This document shows, in pieces, positions 49,315 to 58,371 of a DNA stretch of 64,000 bases. The stretch comes from an uncultured Chloroflexia bacterium (GTDB taxonomy: Bacteria > Chloroflexota > Dehalococcoidia > SM23-28-2 > RBG-16-64-32). The position numbers were made by a program, and so were the translations under genes. Location: positions 41,902-105,901 of the forward strand of contig CAVTYE010000002.1 of the NCBI GenBank assembly GCA_963738925.1, written 5' to 3'. Numbering within the stretch: the first letter of the stretch is position 1; the number at the start of each line of letters is the position of its first letter. Under the pieces are notes generated by a model. That model was given only the letters and a program-made list of their open reading frames with translations, was not told the origin of the DNA and ran no database searches.

Positions 49315-50091
49315 CTACGGCTGGGCAGGCAGGACGTATGTCTCGTAGCGAGCGATGTCCCGGAAGCCCATTCGCGCGTACACGGGCCGCCCCATCTCCG
49401 ATGCCTGCAGGGAGCCGATGACGCAGCCTCTCATCAAGCCTTCCCGAACTGCGTGCCACGTCATCGCCTCACCCAGGCCGCGCTTGCGGTACTCCGGCAG
49501 CGTCGCGACGTTGTACACTCCGGCCACGCCGTCGCTTTCGATCAGCGCGGAGGTCACAACGGCGCGGCCGTCGACGTAGCCCACATAGCCTCGCAGACCG
49601 CCGTCCAGCAACCCGGGCGTGAGCAGATCATGCGCCAGCGACAACGGCATGCCAAAGGACGTCGCGATGACCTCCTGATGAGCCGCCAGCGACCCTGCAT
49701 CGCAGTCGACGATCTTCAGGTCGCTCGGGACCGGCGGCACCTCCCCGATAGGGTTGAGCACCATCCCCGGCAGCTGGTCGGCGAGCCGCAGGCCGAGCTT
49801 TTGCATTGCTGTCTGCGTCTCTGGCTCGAAGCCGGCGCGGATGCGCACGACAAACGGAGCGCCGCCATCCCTGTAGAAATCGATCGCGCGCCTGATCGTG
49901 GCCCCCGGCGCTGCCAGCCTCTCGTAGATCACGGTCGCGTTCAGCCACGGGATCGTCCCCGTAATCGCCGAGAGCATCCCAGGCTCTTCGTATACCCTGC
50001 CGCCCACCGCGTGCCGGCCCAACAAGCGGAAAGAATGGGCGTAGTTCCTATCGGCGATTCGGACGGCCTCGGCATCAGTCAGTGCTGACAT
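49315..50091 (-). CDS. GNAT family N-acetyltransferase
   Basis: AGVYNVATLPEYRKRGLG, LQASEMGRPVYARMGF. Confidence 0.88.
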   Translation of the reverse strand: MSALTDAEAVRIADRNYAHSFRLLGRHAVGGRVYEEPGMLSAITGTIPWLNATVIYERLAAPGATIRRAIDFYRDGGAPFVVRIRAGFEPETQTAMQKLGLRLADQLPGMVLNPIGEVPPVPSDLKIVDCDAGSLAAHQEVIATSFGMPLSLAHDLLTPGLLDGGLRGYVGYVDGRAVVTSALIESDGVAGVYNVATLPEYRKRGLGEAMTWHAVREGLMRGCVIGSLQASEMGRPVYARMGFRDIARYETYVLPAQP

Positions 50092-50134
50092 GTTCGCTAT
50101 CATACGCCGCGGCGTTTGCACGACTTGTCGCAAA

Positions 50135-50517
50135 GTGGCCAAACAATCTGCGCTCAATCTGCGGTAATCTGCGGCCAAATCTGTGCCCATCTGTGGCCGA
50201 AACAATTGCGGATTGAATTAGCCACAGATTTTCACAGATGGGACACAGATAGCATCTTCATCAGCGAAGAGTCTCGGCCAATTGGAAGCGCTTCGTACCG
50301 ATTTTTCGGTCAGGCCGTTCGCACAAGTACAATCACTATCTGTGTATTATCTGTGCCCATCTGTGGCCAAACAATAATCTGCGTCCAATCTGCGGCCATA
50401 TCACTGACCCGCTCGTCACATCTGTGCATCATCTGTGCCTCATCTGTGCCCATCTGTGGCCAAACAATCTGCGCCCAATCTGCGAAAATCTGCGGCCCTA
50501 TCCCTGCCATCTGCGGT
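50135..50517. repeat. ATCTG-armed repeat element, copy B, with extra flanking units
   Basis: Core copy 50221-50472; additional atctgcg/atctgtg 9-10-mers on both sides. Confidence 0.88.
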
Positions 50518-50528
50518 AAGTTGAAGAC

Positions 50529-52326
50529 GTGACGAAGCTGCATTTCTCCCCGAGACCCAACCGCGCCCACGAGATCGCCTGGCGCGAATGGGGCGAGGAG
50601 GCCTTCCGCGAGGCCAGCGAGGCCAACAAGCCCGTGCTGCTCTCCCTCTCCGCCGTCTGGTGCCACTGGTGCCACGTCATGGACGAGACCTCGTACTCCG
50701 ATCCCGGCGTCATCACCTTCATCAACGAGCACTACATCCCCGTCCGCGTCGACAACGACCAGCGGCCGGATGTCAACGCCCGCTACAACATGGGCGGCTG
50801 GCCTACCACCGCCTTCCTCACCCCGGAGGGCGAGATCCTGGCCGGGGCCACGTACATCCCGCCGGAGCAGATGCTGGAGGCCCTGCCCAAGGTCTACACG
50901 CACTTCGTCTCCAACAAGGACGAGGTCACCGAGAAGGCGATCGAGCTCCGGGAGCGCCGGCAGGCCGCCTACACAGGCAGCGGCGGCGAACTCACTGCGG
51001 CCATCTTCGAGGGCATCGTCAAGAGCGTCGTCAACGCCTACGATCCCCTCTACGGCGGCTTTGGAGAGGCGCCCAAGTTCCCCCACACGGATGCCATCGA
51101 GCTGCTGCTCTACGCTGGCCGCCGCCTGGGCGATCCCGACCTCCTCCACATGGCCCGCAAGACGCTGGAGATGATGCACGACGGCGACGTCTACGACCAC
51201 GCCTGGAACGGCTTCTTCCGCTACGCCACCCGCCGAGACTGGTCGGAGCCCCACTACGAGAAGATGCTGGAGGACAACGCCGGGCTCCTCCGCAACGCCT
51301 GCCACCTCTTCCGCATCACTAACCGCGAGGAGCACGCCGAGATCGCCCGCGGCATCGTCGACTACGCCGAATGGAAACTCCGCGACCCGGCCGGCGGCTT
51401 CTTTTACGGATCGCAAGACGCCGACGAGGAGTTCTACAAGCTCGACGCCGAAGCCCGCAAGCCGCTGGAGGAGCCCTACATCGATCACACCTGCTATACC
51501 TCCTGGAACGCCCAGATGATCTCGGCTTACCTGGAGGCCTCGTGGACGCTGGATCGGCCCGACCTGCTGGACGCCGGCCTCGGCGCCCTGCGCTTCCTCC
51601 TCGACAACTGCCATGACGCCGCCACCGGATCGATGTACCGCTACCACGATGGCGCGCCGCACGTCGTCGGCCTGCTCGGCGACCAGGCCTACACCGCCCG
51701 CGCCCTGCTGGATGCTGCCGAGGCCGGCGGCGACTCGCAGTACATCGACCGCGCGATCGGGCTCGCCGAGCTCATGACCTCGCGCTTCCACGACGAGGCT
51801 AACGGCGGCTTCTGGGACGTCTGGGACGAGGCGCCGGACGTCGGCCGCATCAGGGAGCGCCAGAAGTCGATCCAGGACAACGCCGTCTGCTCTGAGGTCT
51901 TCCTGCGCCTCCACCACCTGACCCGCGAGCCGCGCTATCTCGACATCGCCCGCGCCGCGATCGAATCGTTTGCCGCCACCGTGGACCGCATGGGCTACTT
52001 CGCTGCCGGCTACGCCCGTGTCGCCGACCTGCTCCTCAACCCGCCGGCGGAGGTCAACATCGTCGGCTCTCATGGAGACCGCCGGATCGCTCCACCGCGC
52101 GGCGCTTCTGCTGGACGCGCCCTACCGCATCGTCCAGCTCCTGGGGCCGGTCCGGGACGCCGCCAGGCTCCAGGCGCTCTCTCTGCCGGCCGATCCCGCG
52201 CCCGCCGCTTACCTCTGCGTCGGCACGTCTTGTTCGGCGCCGGTGACCTCCGTCCCGGGCCTGCTGGAAGCCGCCCGCGCAATGCAGCAGATGTCCGGCC
52301 CGCGCCAGGTCTCCCCCGGTGACTGA
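50529..52326 (+). CDS. YyaL/SSP411-like thioredoxin + (alpha/alpha)6 protein (indel ~52070)
   Basis: WCHWCHVMDETSY, GGWPTT, GGFGEAPKFP, GFFRYAT..W..PHYEKML, C-terminal AYLCVGTSCSAP. Confidence 0.9.
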
Positions 52327-52999
52327 CGCCGAGCGCTTTCTCCGCAAAGCCCGCGAAAGCCTCGCCTCCGCCAAGGCCGACGTCCGCGCCCGCCGCTACA
52401 ACTCCGCCGCCAACCGCGCCTATTACGCCGCCTTCCAGGCCGCCGTCGCCGCTCTCATCTTCTACCGGGTCCGGAACGCGGACACAGAGTGGCAGCACCG
52501 CTTCGTGGCCAACGAATTCTCAGGTAAACTGATAAGGCGGAGAAAGGCCTTCGCCTCGTCCCTCAGAAACGTTCTGTCGGAACTGTTCGAAGTGCGGATC
52601 AGAGCGGACTACGACTCGGTAGACGTGTCGAAGAGCGATGCTGGCCTCTGCGTCAGGCGGGCGGACACTTTGGTATCCGCGGTTGCCGGAAAGATTCGGG
52701 AGACGGCCATCCGTGAAACGAAGGCGTCATACGAGGCGATTATGAGAACGAAACTAGCATCGAAACCACCCGAACAGTACGTCGAAGATGTCAAGCTGAA
52801 GATCCTCGACAACTATCCCGACGTGGACTTCAAGGTCCAGCCAAGAGGCCCTCGCGACTTCACTCTCCGCGTTTACGGGGACTACCCCGAGATGCAAGAT
52901 GTGAGCCGAAGCCTCGGCGACACGACGATCGACCTTCTCAACGATCACGACGTCTGGATCGTCATCCTCTGCCTGCCCCGCCACCTTCCTGAAGACTGA
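52319..52999 (+). CDS. HEPN-domain protein with extra C-terminal domain
   Basis: KARESLASA..., NSAANRAYYAAFQAA, WQH, RIRADY; ~85-aa C-terminal alpha/beta extension. Confidence 0.82.
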   Translation: MTDAERFLRKARESLASAKADVRARRYNSAANRAYYAAFQAAVAALIFYRVRNADTEWQHRFVANEFSGKLIRRRKAFASSLRNVLSELFEVRIRADYDSVDVSKSDAGLCVRRADTLVSAVAGKIRETAIRETKASYEAIMRTKLASKPPEQYVEDVKLKILDNYPDVDFKVQPRGPRDFTLRVYGDYPEMQDVSRSLGDTTIDLLNDHDVWIVILCLPRHLPED

Positions 53000-53002
53000 C
53001 CC

Positions 53003-53527
53003 ATGGACATCACTGACGTCGAACGGGTCATGCACGAGATGCCCTACGGGCTGTACATCGTCGGCTCCAGGGAGGCGGACGGGCGCGTCAACGGCATGAT
53101 GGCGGACTGGGTGATGCAGGTCTCCTTCGAGCCGCGCCTGGTCGCCGTCGCCTTCGAGGGCAGCTCGCACACTTTGGCCAACATCCGCGAGCGCTCGCAT
53201 TTCTCCGTCAACCTGCTGGCCCAGGACGACGAGAGCATGGAACTCGCCCGCCGCTTCGCCCAGCCCTTTAGCGGGGAGAAGGTTGAGGGACGAAAGGGCG
53301 ATGAGCGGCTCAAGGTGCACTACAAGCTCGAAGGCGTCCCGCACCAGACCTCACCGAATGGCTGCCCCGTCCTCGACGCCGCAATGGCCTGGTTCGAATG
53401 CGAGCTGGTCGATGAGAAGGCGATCGGTGATCACATCCTGATTATCGGCATCGTGCTGGACGGCGGCGTCCTCAAGGCCGCCGAGCCGATGACATCCCAC
53501 TACACCGGCTGGACGTACAGCGGCTGA
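53003..53527 (+). CDS. Flavin reductase family protein
   Basis: PYGLYIVG, NGMMADWVMQVSFEP, FSVNLL, AWFEC, GDH. Confidence 0.9.
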   Translation: MDITDVERVMHEMPYGLYIVGSREADGRVNGMMADWVMQVSFEPRLVAVAFEGSSHTLANIRERSHFSVNLLAQDDESMELARRFAQPFSGEKVEGRKGDERLKVHYKLEGVPHQTSPNGCPVLDAAMAWFECELVDEKAIGDHILIIGIVLDGGVLKAAEPMTSHYTGWTYSG

Positions 53528-53538
53528 TCGGAGAGAGC

Positions 53539-54015
53539 ATGGCATCGAAGCAAGACGTCGTCGCCGCCCTCGAGAAGATCCGTGACCAGATCGTCGCCGT
53601 GGCCGAGGCCGTCCCGGAGGCATCGTGGGCGGCGAATGTATACGAGAACGGCTGGAACGAACGTGAGCTGCTGTACCACATCGCTTCCATGACCGGGCCC
53701 GCCAGCTTCATCCTGATGATGTCGCGGCTTCCGGCGAACGCCGCCGCGGGCAGTGGCAACTACGATCTCGATGCCTTCAACCGCGACCAGGTCAAGCTGC
53801 GTGAGGGCCGCTCAGTCGGCGAGGCGCTCGATGAAGTGCGCGCCAACATCCAGCGCAGCATCCAGGACGTCGAAAAAGCCACGGACGACGAGCTCCAGAA
53901 GCACTATGTCGCTCCCTGGGGCACCGATGGCACCGTCGCCGAGGTGATAATCGCCTCGGTCAAAGAGCACCTCGGCATGCACCTGGCTGACCTCCGCGCC
54001 GGTGCTGTGGCTTAG
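53539..54015 (+). CDS. DinB/MDMPI-like four-helix protein
   Basis: GWNERELLYHIAS ... EHLGMHLADL. Confidence 0.75.
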   Translation: MASKQDVVAALEKIRDQIVAVAEAVPEASWAANVYENGWNERELLYHIASMTGPASFILMMSRLPANAAAGSGNYDLDAFNRDQVKLREGRSVGEALDEVRANIQRSIQDVEKATDDELQKHYVAPWGTDGTVAEVIIASVKEHLGMHLADLRAGAVA

Positions 54016-54019
54016 CCTG

Positions 54020-54541
54020 CTACCAGTCCACCCAGCTGTCGCGAGACGTCGATTCCCCCACACCCAGGTCGTACTTTATCCGCCGCACCTCCCAGAGATG
54101 TTCCAGGTCGTGCTGGGCCAACCCCCGCGCGATCTCCTCCAGCGTCACCGAGCCCTTGTACGGGTGCTTGCCGGGGCGCTTCCAGTCGCTCTCGTCCAGG
54201 CCCCAGAGCATGTACGTCGTCTCCCGCCGCAGGTCCCGGAACTCTGAGAGCAGCTTGCGCAGGCTGTAGGAGCGGTAGTCGCGCTCCATCGGCAACACAT
54301 CGACGTCCCAGACCGGTACCGGCTTCTGCTTCGATTCGATCAGCGCGGTGATCTGTAGCGCCGCCAGCTCCTCGGCGTCGCGCAGGTGCGCGGCGATCTC
54401 CTTCAGGCAAAGCTCGCCCTCCGCCGGCCGCTTGTTCAGCGACTTCTCGTCCAGCCCGGATAGCTCGGACACGATCGAGTTGCCGGCTTCGCGCAGCGCC
54501 TTCATCACCCAGCCCTGGGAATCGCTCTGTTCCAGCAGCAC
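54020..54541 (-). CDS. DinB family protein
   Basis: KEIAAHLRDAE, R..T...L, W.R.G.HP, HDLEHL; TATAAT 6 nt before GTG. Confidence 0.85.
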   Translation of the reverse strand: MLLEQSDSQGWVMKALREAGNSIVSELSGLDEKSLNKRPAEGELCLKEIAAHLRDAEELAALQITALIESKQKPVPVWDVDVLPMERDYRSYSLRKLLSEFRDLRRETTYMLWGLDESDWKRPGKHPYKGSVTLEEIARGLAQHDLEHLWEVRRIKYDLGVGESTSRDSWVDW

Positions 54542-54616
54542 GAACAGATTATACGAGCGCCGGCGGCCGCCCGCCGCACCTGCGCACAAACCGCCGATAG
54601 CCTACGATGGAAGCGA

Positions 54617-55441
54617 ATGAGCTCCGCAACTCTGCCTCTCGCCCTGTTGATCGCCCTCGTGGAGCTCACCGTCGGCACTCTCTGGGTGCTCCTCCTGCCG
54701 CAGGCCCGCCGCAACGCCGCTGTATCGTTCATCAAGTTCTCCGCCGTCCTCGTCTTCATCATGTCCGGGATCACCTTCTTCCTCGGCTCCGGCGTCTCCG
54801 TTGGTACCTCCGTGGACGGCTACCCGCTGGACAACTTCTGGATGTTCGAGGCGCGGTCAGCGCTGGCCGCGCTGTTCGCCGCCTCCGGCCTCTACGCCTA
54901 CGCTACCTGGAAGGATCACCACCGGGCCGCGCTCATCCTCGGTGGCATCGCCGGCGTCTGCGGGCTCGGCGTCCTGGGCTCGCTCGCCGCCGTCTTCTCG
55001 CTCCCCACCTGGGGCTTCCCGCTGACCCTCGCCGCCTTCGTTCTCGGCGCGGTCGCCGTGGGCGCCGTGACCAACGGCATGACGCTGGGCCACTGGTACC
55101 TCGTCACGCCGCGCCTGGAGGCTGCGCCTCTCCGCGAGATCACCGGGCTGTTGGTCATCGTGCTGATTGCGCAGGCGCTGTTCATCATCCCGGCGCTCAT
55201 CCTCCCGCACGACACGATCGACAGCTCCGTGGACACCGGCATCCTCAGCAACGTCTTCTTCTGGCTGCGGGTTGGTCTCGGCCTCGGCTTTCCGGCCGTC
55301 CTGGCCTGGATGGCCTACGACTCCGCCGGCGTTCGCGCCATGCAGTCCTCCACGGGCCTCCTCTACCTGGCGATGGTGCTGGTGATCTGCGGCCAGGTGG
55401 TGGCCAGCGGCCTGCTCTTCGTCTCCGCGGTCCCCAACTGA
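54617..55441 (+). CDS. Polytopic membrane protein with LGHWYL motif (DmsC/NrfD-like?)
   Basis: About 8 TM helices; GMTLGHWYLVTP and MQSSTGLLY motifs. Confidence 0.7.
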   Translation: MSSATLPLALLIALVELTVGTLWVLLLPQARRNAAVSFIKFSAVLVFIMSGITFFLGSGVSVGTSVDGYPLDNFWMFEARSALAALFAASGLYAYATWKDHHRAALILGGIAGVCGLGVLGSLAAVFSLPTWGFPLTLAAFVLGAVAVGAVTNGMTLGHWYLVTPRLEAAPLREITGLLVIVLIAQALFIIPALILPHDTIDSSVDTGILSNVFFWLRVGLGLGFPAVLAWMAYDSAGVRAMQSSTGLLYLAMVLVICGQVVASGLLFVSAVPN

Positions 55442-55504
55442 CCGTTCCTTGCGCCCGTGCTATCATCAGATACCGCACGGAAGCGTGCGCACAGGAGGAG
55501 AGCC

Positions 55505-55984
55505 ATGGCTGAAGGCAAAAACGAAACACGCACCCTTAAAGTCGGCGATGAAGCACCCGACTTCCAGCTTAGAGACCAGAACCGGCAGGAGTTCAAGCTA
55601 AGCGATAACCGCGGCAAGAACGTCGTGCTCAACTTCTTCCCGGCTGCGTTCTCCGGCGTCTGCTCCCAGCAAATGCCGCGCATCGAAGAGCAGAAGGCGA
55701 TGTTCGGCGACGACACCATCGTCGTCGGCGTCAGCGTCGATGGCCCCGTCGCCCTGAACGCCTGGAAAGGCCAGATGGGCATCGGCTTCGACCTGCTCAG
55801 CGACTTCTACCCGCACGGCGCAGTCGCCGAGAAGTACGGCGTCCTCCTGCCAGTCGGCGTGGCGGAGCGCGCGGTCATCGGCATCGATAAGGACGGCAAG
55901 GTCCGCTACATCAACGTCAACCCGATGCTCGAAGTGCCGGACCTCACTCCCTGCGCCATCGCCCTGGAGAAGACCCCCGCCTGA
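55505..55984 (+). CDS. Peroxiredoxin (AhpE-like)
   Basis: APDFQL, FFPAAFSGVC, LLSDFYPHGAVAEKYGV, ERA; AGGAGGAG RBS. Confidence 0.88.
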   Translation: MAEGKNETRTLKVGDEAPDFQLRDQNRQEFKLSDNRGKNVVLNFFPAAFSGVCSQQMPRIEEQKAMFGDDTIVVGVSVDGPVALNAWKGQMGIGFDLLSDFYPHGAVAEKYGVLLPVGVAERAVIGIDKDGKVRYINVNPMLEVPDLTPCAIALEKTPA

Positions 55985-55995
55985 GGAGGAGCAGC

Positions 55996-57111
55996 GTGGT
56001 CACGAAGAGCCGCCGCCCCGAGACCGAGACCCGGCCGATCGATTTCGGCTGGTTCCTGCCAACGATGGGCGACGCCGAGATCATCGGCCCGCCGACGCGC
56101 GAGGCAACTCTGGACTACCTGGTCCAGGTGACCCGCGCCGCCGAGGAGGCCGGCTTCAACTTCGCGCTCCTGCCCGTCGGCACCACCTGCCTGGACGCCT
56201 GGTTGGCCGCCGGCATGGTCGGCGCGCGCACCGAGCGTCTGAAGTTCCTCGTCGCGATGAGGCCAGGCTTCGTTTCGCCCACGCTGGCCGCCAAAATGTC
56301 CAACACCCTGGACCGCGAGCTCAAGGGCCGTGTCCTGATCAACGTCGTGACCGGCGGCTTCCCGGTGGAGCTGGCCGCCGACGGCGACTTCCTTGACCAC
56401 GACGAGCGCTACGAGCGCACGCAGGAGTTCATGCAGGTCGTCCGCAAGGCCTGGACCGGCGGCAAGGCCTGGAACCACGAAGGCAAGTACTACCGCGTCG
56501 AAGGCGGAAACGTCTTCCCGCGGCCCTACCAGCAACCACACCCACCGTTCTACTTCGGCGGCGCCTCAGACTCCGCTAAGAAAGTCGGGGCCGAAGAGGC
56601 AGACGTCTACCTGCTCTGGGGCGAGACCGTGGAGATGGCCCGCGAGCGCATCGAGGACATGAAGGAGCGCGCCGCAGCCGTCGGACGCACGTTGCGGTTC
56701 GGCATGCGCATCCACGTCATCTCCCGCGAGACCGACGAAGAGGCCCGCGCAGCCGCCGAGCATCTTGTCTCGGAGATCCCGGATCGCTTCCAGGAGATGG
56801 TGGACAAGCACCACGCCAAAGGCGAGTCGGAGGGCGAGCGCCGCCAGCGAGAGCTCGTCGCCAAGGCCGACGACGGCTGGCTGACGCCGCACCTCTGGTC
56901 CGGCATCGGCAAGGCGCGGCTGGGCGTCGGCACGGCGCTCGTTGGCTCCGGGGAGAGCGTCGCGCGCTGTTTCCAGGAGTACGTCGACCTGGGGATCGAC
57001 ACCTTCATCCTCTCCGGCTACCCGCACCTGGAGGAGGCGCAGCGCTTCGGCCAGTACGTGATGCCGCACTTCGCCGGCCGCACCACCACCTCCGTCGGCG
57101 CCACCGCCTAG
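55996..57111 (+). CDS. ssuD: Alkanesulfonate monooxygenase-like LLM
   Basis: WFLPTMGD, KFLVAMRPG, INVVTGG, DHDERY, PYQQPHPPFYFGG, FILSGYPHLEEA. Confidence 0.85.
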   Translation: MVTKSRRPETETRPIDFGWFLPTMGDAEIIGPPTREATLDYLVQVTRAAEEAGFNFALLPVGTTCLDAWLAAGMVGARTERLKFLVAMRPGFVSPTLAAKMSNTLDRELKGRVLINVVTGGFPVELAADGDFLDHDERYERTQEFMQVVRKAWTGGKAWNHEGKYYRVEGGNVFPRPYQQPHPPFYFGGASDSAKKVGAEEADVYLLWGETVEMARERIEDMKERAAAVGRTLRFGMRIHVISRETDEEARAAAEHLVSEIPDRFQEMVDKHHAKGESEGERRQRELVAKADDGWLTPHLWSGIGKARLGVGTALVGSGESVARCFQEYVDLGIDTFILSGYPHLEEAQRFGQYVMPHFAGRTTTSVGATA

Positions 57112-57711
57112 ATGCCCGATACCATCAACGAGACGATCGACCAGGTCGTCGAGCAGACGCTCGTGCACGCGCGCCTGGAGACTCCGTTGCGCGCCGTCGC
57201 CATCTCCGGCAGCCCGCGCGCCCCGTCCAGGTCCAAGACCCTGGCCGAACGATTCCTGGAGGCGCTGGAGAAACTCGGCTGCGAGACGCGGCTGGTCGAT
57301 GTCGCCGCGCTTCCCGCCGAGGCGCTCGTCGTCCGTGAGACCGCCGCCGAGATCGAAGAAGCGATCGCCACGGTCGGCCAGGCGCAGATCATCGCCGCTT
57401 CGTCGCCGACGTACCGGGCGCTCTACACCGGCGTCCTCAAGTGCTTCTTCGACCTGATGCCGCAAGCGCACCTCGCCGGCAAGGTCTGCGTCGGCCTCCA
57501 GACCGGGATCGCGCCCCAGCACGCTCTTTCGCCGGACTACGGGATGCGGCCGCTCTTCGCCAGCCTGGAAGGCGTGCCAGCGCTCACGATCTACGCCACC
57601 GACGCTGAGTTCGAGTCCGGCGAGCCGTCAAGCGCCCTCTCCGAGCGCATCCACCGCGCCGCTGAACAGGCGGTCCAGCTCGCCCACGGCCTCGGCCCCG
57701 GCGAAGCATAG
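57112..57711 (+). CDS. ssuE: NAD(P)H-dependent FMN reductase
   Basis: ISGSPRAPSRS, SPTYRALYTGVLKCFFDL, HAL..DYGMRPLF; adjacent to ssuD. Confidence 0.85.
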   Translation: MPDTINETIDQVVEQTLVHARLETPLRAVAISGSPRAPSRSKTLAERFLEALEKLGCETRLVDVAALPAEALVVRETAAEIEEAIATVGQAQIIAASSPTYRALYTGVLKCFFDLMPQAHLAGKVCVGLQTGIAPQHALSPDYGMRPLFASLEGVPALTIYATDAEFESGEPSSALSERIHRAAEQAVQLAHGLGPGEA

Positions 57712-57715
57712 CCCC

Positions 57716-57739
57716 GCTCATCCTGAGCTTGTCGAAGGA
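57716..57739. repeat. CCTGAG-type REP-like half element
   Basis: gctcatcctgagcttgtcgaagga just after the ssuE stop; shares tcatcctgag with the reverse complement of 4986-4996. Confidence 0.6.
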
Positions 57740-57778
57740 CTACTGCGTCTAGCCGAAGCGCCGAAGCGCTGAGCCGCT

Positions 57779-58306
57779 CTAGGGTGTCGCCGTGGCGCTG
57801 ACGCCGCCGATCGAAGGCGTCTTCGTCGCCGTCGTGCTCGCCGCTGCCGTTGGCGAACCGCTGCCCTCGGTGACCGTGAAAGCGGCGTACATGCCGCGGC
57901 CGTACTGCGCCGTCTTCGTCCCGTTCTCTTCGTCCACCAGGTTGGAGATCAGCACGTAAGTACCGGCGTCCATATCGAACGTGCGGCCCGTCTTGTCGCC
58001 GCCGTCGATCTCGTCCACCTCGTGCTCCACCTTGATGTCCGTCGCGTCCGTGTTCACGGAGCCGTCGTCCTTTGTGGGCAGGTCACCGGCCGGGATGTTT
58101 GTTTTCAGGATGACGAGATTGTGCTGCTTGTCCCCGTCGTTCTTGATCGTGAACTCAACCGTGCCCTTCGGGATACTCGCTGGGTCGGTGACAATCGACC
58201 ACTCCGTCAGCGTGATGTTGACCTTCCCGACCTCCGTGCTGCTGCCGCAGCCGACGACGAAGGCGAGAAGCGAAAGAAGGGCGCCGAGTCCGAAAAAAAG
58301 CCTCAC
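57779..58306 (-). CDS. Cupredoxin-fold lipoprotein with substituted copper ligands
   Basis: Lipobox VVGC; FTIKNDGDKQHNLVI; GTYVLISNL...AQYGRGM. Confidence 0.72.
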   Translation of the reverse strand: MRLFFGLGALLSLLAFVVGCGSSTEVGKVNITLTEWSIVTDPASIPKGTVEFTIKNDGDKQHNLVILKTNIPAGDLPTKDDGSVNTDATDIKVEHEVDEIDGGDKTGRTFDMDAGTYVLISNLVDEENGTKTAQYGRGMYAAFTVTEGSGSPTAAASTTATKTPSIGGVSATATP

Positions 58307-58371
58307 ATGTACCCCTTTCAGCGGGACGGGAACACTGCGGGCGATTATATCAGGCGTGGTGCGTAGCCGCC

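Noticed and set aside
49068-50517. CRISPR array
   Set aside because: Units are 9-10 bp and degenerate, with no constant 23-47 bp repeat separating unique spacers, and no cas genes nearby
48990-50532. Short ORFs over the ATCTG repeats (ICVHLC/TQI-like peptides)
   Set aside because: Translations of the repeat arrays with no RBS or coding-like composition
50310-52073. Long antisense ORFs (e.g. 587 aa here, 433 aa at 38914, 429 aa at 16621)
   Set aside because: Shadow ORFs expected opposite real genes in high-GC DNA; no recognisable motifs
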